Shown here: piece by piece, positions 43,437 through 47,901 of the stretch | Position numbering within the stretch: position 1 is the first letter of the stretch | Layout of the letters: every line of letters starts with the position of its first letter | Assembly: GCA_016866975.1 (NCBI GenBank) | Contig: VGKP01000004.1 | Span: forward strand, 1 to 47,901 | From: Candidatus Pacearchaeota archaeon | Lineage (GTDB): Archaea > Nanobdellota > Nanobdellia > Pacearchaeales > GW2011-AR1 | Direction of reading: 5' to 3' | DNA length: 47,901 nucleotides | The notes under the pieces: model-generated | What the model was told of the DNA's origin: nothing | The model's input: only the letters and a program-made list of their open reading frames with translations | Databases searched by the model: none | Program-made: the position numbers and the translations under genes

Positions 43437-45698
43437 ATGTTTTTTACTGAAACCTCTCCTTTGTACGCCACAGAAGTGCAGCGCAAACAAGGAGAGGAAA
43501 TATTATTTGTAAATTTCCTTAAAGCTCCTTTTGTTCCAAGCATTGCAGAGAATCCAGACGTAATGGCCAGGCTGATAGACATACTTGTCGAGAACCCTGC
43601 AATTTCCAGAATAGTTTTTGTGCAGCAGAGGAATTATCATTACTCATTTGAACAGACTGCGACATTACAGGAGATTGCCAGAATATTCAACTATTTCACC
43701 AAGCAGGAATCAATACTCTCTCCTGTAAAACTTGCATTCTTTGGAGATGTACAAGAAGTGTATGCCGAACTGAATTACCTATTTCTTCTTCTAAGGCAGG
43801 ATCCTCTTCTTTGCTTCACCAAGCTGAAGAGGAGGATAGCTACTTTAAGAGAACAACTAAGTCTGCAAGAAGGAGACAATGGGAGAAGGAATTATTTTCT
43901 TTTTCTTGAGAGATTCGCTAGCATGCTGGAAACTACGAGGCTTTTCATACTCTGGAATCAACATGGAGCACCAATACTTGGCAGAGAGTTTTACAGTACA
44001 GTCTTCAGACCAGACATATTGCCTAACTTCACTTTTACAAGGCTTGTCGCGCAATTTCCCGAGAAGGCGCGTCTTGTAGATCAATATCTTATCGTATCTG
44101 AAGGAGAAGAGATCCCTGTAACAATACTCAAACATGGGGAAGAGTCAAAACATTTTTACCATATACTTCCACCCGAGTTTACTTTGAGTGAAGAACATCA
44201 TACTCTACTTCATCTTGCAAGAAATGTACTTATAGAACATAGGCCAAAAGCAGAGGAGTTCACCGACGCTGAAAAAACAAGACAAGTATTTTTCAATATC
44301 TCACGCGACTTACTTTCAGAGCTTGGTCAGAGTAAAAAAATCCCTCTCACACACAGAGAACTTATGAGACTCGCGCGTATCTTAGTCAGGTATACCATAG
44401 GATTCGGACTCATAGAAATTTTGTTGCTCGATTCTAAAATACAGGACCTTGTTTTAAATGCACCGATTGCACAGAATGCAATGTACGTCAGGCATGAGAA
44501 CTATGGAGAATGCGTTACAAATATCATACCTAGTTATGAAGATGCAGAATCGTGGGCGGCAAAATTAAGATTGCAATCTGGGAGACCTCTTGACGAAGCT
44601 AATCCTGTGCTTGATACCGATTTAGTATTCGGCAATGTTCGAGCTAGAGTGGCTGCGATAAAAGAACCACTTTCTCCTGCAGGATTAGCTTATGCTTTCA
44701 GAAGACATAGGGACAAACCTTGGACGCTGCCTCTTTTTATGGAAAAAAAGATGCTTAACTCTTTTGCAGCAGGGCTATTGAGTTTTATTATCGACGGTAA
44801 CAGGACATTGCTTGTCGCCGGTACAAGGAGCAGCGGCAAGACCAGCCTTCTTGGAAGCCTTATGTTGGAGATACTGCCAAGTGTCAGAACTATAGTGATT
44901 GAAGATACACTTGAATTGCCCGTTGATTCTCTCAGACAGTTAGGGTATGATATTTTGAGAATGAAAGTGAGAAGTGCATTGACTTCAGGCACAACTGAAG
45001 TAGAGGCGTCAGAAGGAATAAGGACAAGCTTAAGACTTGGAGATTCCGCACTTGTAGTAGGCGAAGTAAGGAGCAGCGAAGCGAAAGCATTGTATGAAGC
45101 AATGAGAGTAGGTGCCCTGGCAAATGTCGTCGCAGGTACAATTCACGGTGATTCACCTTATGGAGTTTTTGACAGAGTTGTGCACGACCTTGATGTGCCA
45201 GAGACAAGCTTTAAGGCAACGGACATAATAATAATAACAAATCCAGTGCGATCTCCCGACGGGCTTCATGCACAGAGAAGAATAGTTCAAGTAACAGAAG
45301 TCAGGAAGCACTGGCTGAAGGATCCTTTACAAGAGAAAGGATTTGTAGATCTCCTGAGATACAATGTAGATCATGACCAACTTGAACCGACGCCAGAATT
45401 AATCAATGGAGACTCAGATATATTGAAACAGATAGCCTCTGGTGTGAAAGGGTGGGCTGGAAATTGGGAAGCGGTATACGATAATATACTTCTTAGGGCA
45501 AAAATAAAACAGGAATTATTAGAACTTTCTATCCATATGCAAAAACCTGAGATACTGGAAGCACCATTTGTTGTCAGATCCAACACAGTATTTCATGCAA
45601 TAAGCGAAAAAGTGACAAGAGAAAGAGGACTGCCCTTCCTTGAATATGTCCTCCCACTTTGGAGACAGTGGGTCACAGAAGCGGTAAGAATTCTATAA
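43437..45698 (+). CDS. Type II/IV secretion system ATPase (FlaI/TadA/VirB11 family)
   Basis: Walker A GTRSSGKT, Asp box IEDTLEL, Walker B VVGEVR, His box GTIHG. Confidence 0.92.
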   Translation: MFFTETSPLYATEVQRKQGEEILFVNFLKAPFVPSIAENPDVMARLIDILVENPAISRIVFVQQRNYHYSFEQTATLQEIARIFNYFTKQESILSPVKLAFFGDVQEVYAELNYLFLLLRQDPLLCFTKLKRRIATLREQLSLQEGDNGRRNYFLFLERFASMLETTRLFILWNQHGAPILGREFYSTVFRPDILPNFTFTRLVAQFPEKARLVDQYLIVSEGEEIPVTILKHGEESKHFYHILPPEFTLSEEHHTLLHLARNVLIEHRPKAEEFTDAEKTRQVFFNISRDLLSELGQSKKIPLTHRELMRLARILVRYTIGFGLIEILLLDSKIQDLVLNAPIAQNAMYVRHENYGECVTNIIPSYEDAESWAAKLRLQSGRPLDEANPVLDTDLVFGNVRARVAAIKEPLSPAGLAYAFRRHRDKPWTLPLFMEKKMLNSFAAGLLSFIIDGNRTLLVAGTRSSGKTSLLGSLMLEILPSVRTIVIEDTLELPVDSLRQLGYDILRMKVRSALTSGTTEVEASEGIRTSLRLGDSALVVGEVRSSEAKALYEAMRVGALANVVAGTIHGDSPYGVFDRVVHDLDVPETSFKATDIIIITNPVRSPDGLHAQRRIVQVTEVRKHWLKDPLQEKGFVDLLRYNVDHDQLEPTPELINGDSDILKQIASGVKGWAGNWEAVYDNILLRAKIKQELLELSIHMQKPEILEAPFVVRSNTVFHAISEKVTRERGLPFLEYVLPLWRQWVTEAVRIL

Positions 45699-45715
45699 AT
45701 TTAATGTATCTATTG

Positions 45716-45731
45716 GTATACTTAAGTATAC
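45716..45731. promoter_or_regulatory. Perfect 16-bp palindrome, putative operator
   Basis: GTATACTTAAGTATAC between the ATPase gene and the large surface protein gene. Confidence 0.5.
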
Positions 45732-45814
45732 TTGTAATGTAAACAATGGGCCTTGAAAAATGGCTCTCAGAAAGCCTTATATAGGTAATTTTGCTCTTTT
45801 ACAGTACGAAAAAG

Positions 45815-47901
45815 ATGGTATATAAGAGGTATATTACAGTACATGGCAAGAGGTATGGGCCCTATCTGTATGAAAGCAAAAGAATAGGCAGAAAAACTGT
45901 CTCAAATATTGTCAAGAATTCTAAGAAAAGCTCATTTTCACCGACGGTATTTTCTTACATTGGTTTTTCCCTGCTTGTTTTTACAGCACTGGCCCTGCTT
46001 TTTTTACAGCACTCGAGTTTTACCGGAAGAGCGATATTAGACCTTGAAGACCTTTACAGCACTGGAGAGAACCTGAGCGGGAAAATAGTACTCAAGCTGC
46101 AAAAAGGAGAATTGCTTCCGCTAGAAAGCCAATTTGATGTCTCCCTAGGCAGTCAAACTGCCTTCTTCCCTATTTCTAAAGTAAATTCTTCGCTCATCTC
46201 AAGTGGAAATTATTATATCAAAGATGAGAAAATCTCAGGTTCGGGCTTTGGGCTTGGAGTCCCAGGCGAGATCAAGGTATACCCTAATATAAGTTTTCAA
46301 CTAAGACTGATAAAAACCGAATTAAATAAAAAACCTGAAGCTCAACCTGAAAAAGATTCTCCTGCTGAAAACGAATCTTCGAGTGATGAGAACCGAAAAA
46401 ATGGAGTTGCACTTGAAGAAAAAAAAGATGATGAATATAAAAAAGAAGATTTTGAAAGCGAGAGTGAAGAAATTAAGGTACACCCAAGTATACCTGTAGA
46501 TTTGCCTTCTGAGAAAGATACAAAGTCTGTTAAAACAACTGAACCTTCAAATAAAAATAAACCTGCTGGAGAAGAGCAGACTGCAGAATCGCCATCGCCC
46601 GTCGAGACTCCTCAATTATCCCAAGAATCTCCTGAAATATCGTCCATAACCGGTGCAGCTATATTTGAAGATGAAGAATTAATCTCAGGAATAGTATCTT
46701 TTGGAAATGAATTCAATTATGAATTGTCCAAGCATGATGGAGTAGAAATAGTAAGCGGCAGTGTAAATATCGACGGAAGAGAGCTAAACAATTCTGTAGT
46801 CAAAGTCGATGTCTCAAGTGGAAAAGTAATAGTCAGCACTTCTTACTTTGAGACTGAGAGAGGATTTGGAGAGAGATACATAAGCAATGATATTGTAAAT
46901 GTAGAGATTGATATATCAAGATGGGGAATAAAATCTGAGAATGGCTTGCTTAAAGTGGCTCTTAATTCTCAGGGAGAAGAACTACTATATCTGCAGAAAG
47001 AAATAACTGTATCAGAAAATAAACCTGAGAAAAAGACATCTTCAGGAAATGCAACTTTTGCATTGAATGAGACCCTCCCAGGAAATGTAAGCGTAAAGAC
47101 TCTTAGAAAAGGCATTCGTCTAGGAGAGAAAGTCAAATGGACAAAGAACGTGACATTAAGTGAGATAGGAAATTTCACAATTGAACTCCCCAAGGAAGCT
47201 GAGAACATAACTGTAAAGAAAGTTGAAGAGAGTGGAGAGACATTTGCTATAGTATCTATGAACGGGATAACTGGAAATGTTGTTTCAGGCAGAGTAAGTG
47301 CAGAGTTGAATTTAGAGAGAGACAACGGTGGAGGATTGCTTAATTGGATAAAGAGTTTCTGGAGCACTATTACTGGAAGGGCAGTGAGTGATGCTGGCGC
47401 TATGCTTGTTGAATCAAGTAATAGCAGTGTTGTTCAAGTTACTCTTGCAGATAATGTCACTCAGTATACTATTGAATATGAAACACAGGCACCTAAAGCT
47501 TTTGAGAGCAATATTTCTAGTGGAAAGCAAGTCATAATCTCAGGGCCGGATTCTTTGAATTATACTGATGTGGTTTCGTTCACGGTGATACCAGAGATTT
47601 TGAGTGTGGGACAGGAAGCGGGAATACGAGTGTATTGGCAGGAAAATCAGAGTTTTGTGCCGTTCACGGCGTTGGACACAGACAACTCAACAAAGTTGGA
47701 TTATCTGGAGTGGGTGACTCCTCACTTATCGAATCAGACGTTCAATATTACGTTTGGAGGGCAGAATGTTTCCAATCAGCCGTATAACAACATCACTTTA
47801 GACAATGATTTCTGGCACCTGACTGTTAACGACCAAGCGCCGTACAATTCTCTTGTTGGCTATTGGAGCTTTGACGGCGATAATGCGACGACGGCGATGG
47901 A
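45815..47901 (+). CDS. Very large membrane-anchored surface protein, running off the window end (probable LamG-like domain beginning)
   Basis: Frame from ATG 45815 (MVYKRYITVHGKRYGPYLYESKR) read by hand as open to the window end; one N-terminal TM, acidic linker, sequon-rich beta regions, ending LVGYWSFDG, which is typical of LamG starts. Absent from the ORF track because it has no stop. Confidence 0.85.
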   Translation, partial: MVYKRYITVHGKRYGPYLYESKRIGRKTVSNIVKNSKKSSFSPTVFSYIGFSLLVFTALALLFLQHSSFTGRAILDLEDLYSTGENLSGKIVLKLQKGELLPLESQFDVSLGSQTAFFPISKVNSSLISSGNYYIKDEKISGSGFGLGVPGEIKVYPNISFQLRLIKTELNKKPEAQPEKDSPAENESSSDENRKNGVALEEKKDDEYKKEDFESESEEIKVHPSIPVDLPSEKDTKSVKTTEPSNKNKPAGEEQTAESPSPVETPQLSQESPEISSITGAAIFEDEELISGIVSFGNEFNYELSKHDGVEIVSGSVNIDGRELNNSVVKVDVSSGKVIVSTSYFETERGFGERYISNDIVNVEIDISRWGIKSENGLLKVALNSQGEELLYLQKEITVSENKPEKKTSSGNATFALNETLPGNVSVKTLRKGIRLGEKVKWTKNVTLSEIGNFTIELPKEAENITVKKVEESGETFAIVSMNGITGNVVSGRVSAELNLERDNGGGLLNWIKSFWSTITGRAVSDAGAMLVESSNSSVVQVTLADNVTQYTIEYETQAPKAFESNISSGKQVIISGPDSLNYTDVVSFTVIPEILSVGQEAGIRVYWQENQSFVPFTALDTDNSTKLDYLEWVTPHLSNQTFNITFGGQNVSNQPYNNITLDNDFWHLTVNDQAPYNSLVGYWSFDGDNATTAM

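Noticed and set aside
611-45586. Numerous short antisense or overlapping ORFs in the track (e.g. 5112-5399, 16894-17373, 39259-39807, 46969-47367)
   Set aside because: They shadow well-supported genes on the other strand or frame and have no motifs or expression signals.

Overview
47.9 kb of AT-rich archaeal chromosome. PolD, Orc1/Cdc6, an intron-containing tRNA, TATA promoters 22-26 nt upstream of starts and the lack of metabolic genes suggest a DPANN/Nanobdellota lineage (Pacearchaeota/Woesearchaeota-like); this is inferred and no database search was run. The backbone is replication, repair and envelope genes: MutS-domain ATPase, SlyD, RecJ-like DHH, Lhr with a metallophosphoesterase, cdc6-DP1-DP2 beside an ORB/AT-rich origin candidate, split Hef, ThpR, RdgB, DRG GTPase, M16 peptidase, ABC pair, a type II/IV secretion ATPase and two large surface proteins. 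The unexplained structure is mostly non-coding. (1) A 3.3 kb island (7986-11306) lies between 69-bp direct repeats that each have their own TATA box at identical spacing. It holds single-gene, self-promoted, co-oriented units and a RelE-type TA pair, most followed within 0-7 nt of the stop by a Xer/dif-arm-like motif AGTTCG(Y)NT(T)AA, plus one complete 11-6-11 dif/lox-like site. It is a candidate recombinase-built cassette array. (2) Next to it is a convergent pair of paralogous coiled-coil/winged-helix genes with an ORB box and other repeats inside or between them. (3) Several modular families of dispersed hairpin elements occur; one shows compensatory base changes and one is inserted in frame in a protein. 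(4) A 13-aa Lys/Arg micropeptide gene has its own TATA box and SD. All functional readings of these elements are hypotheses.
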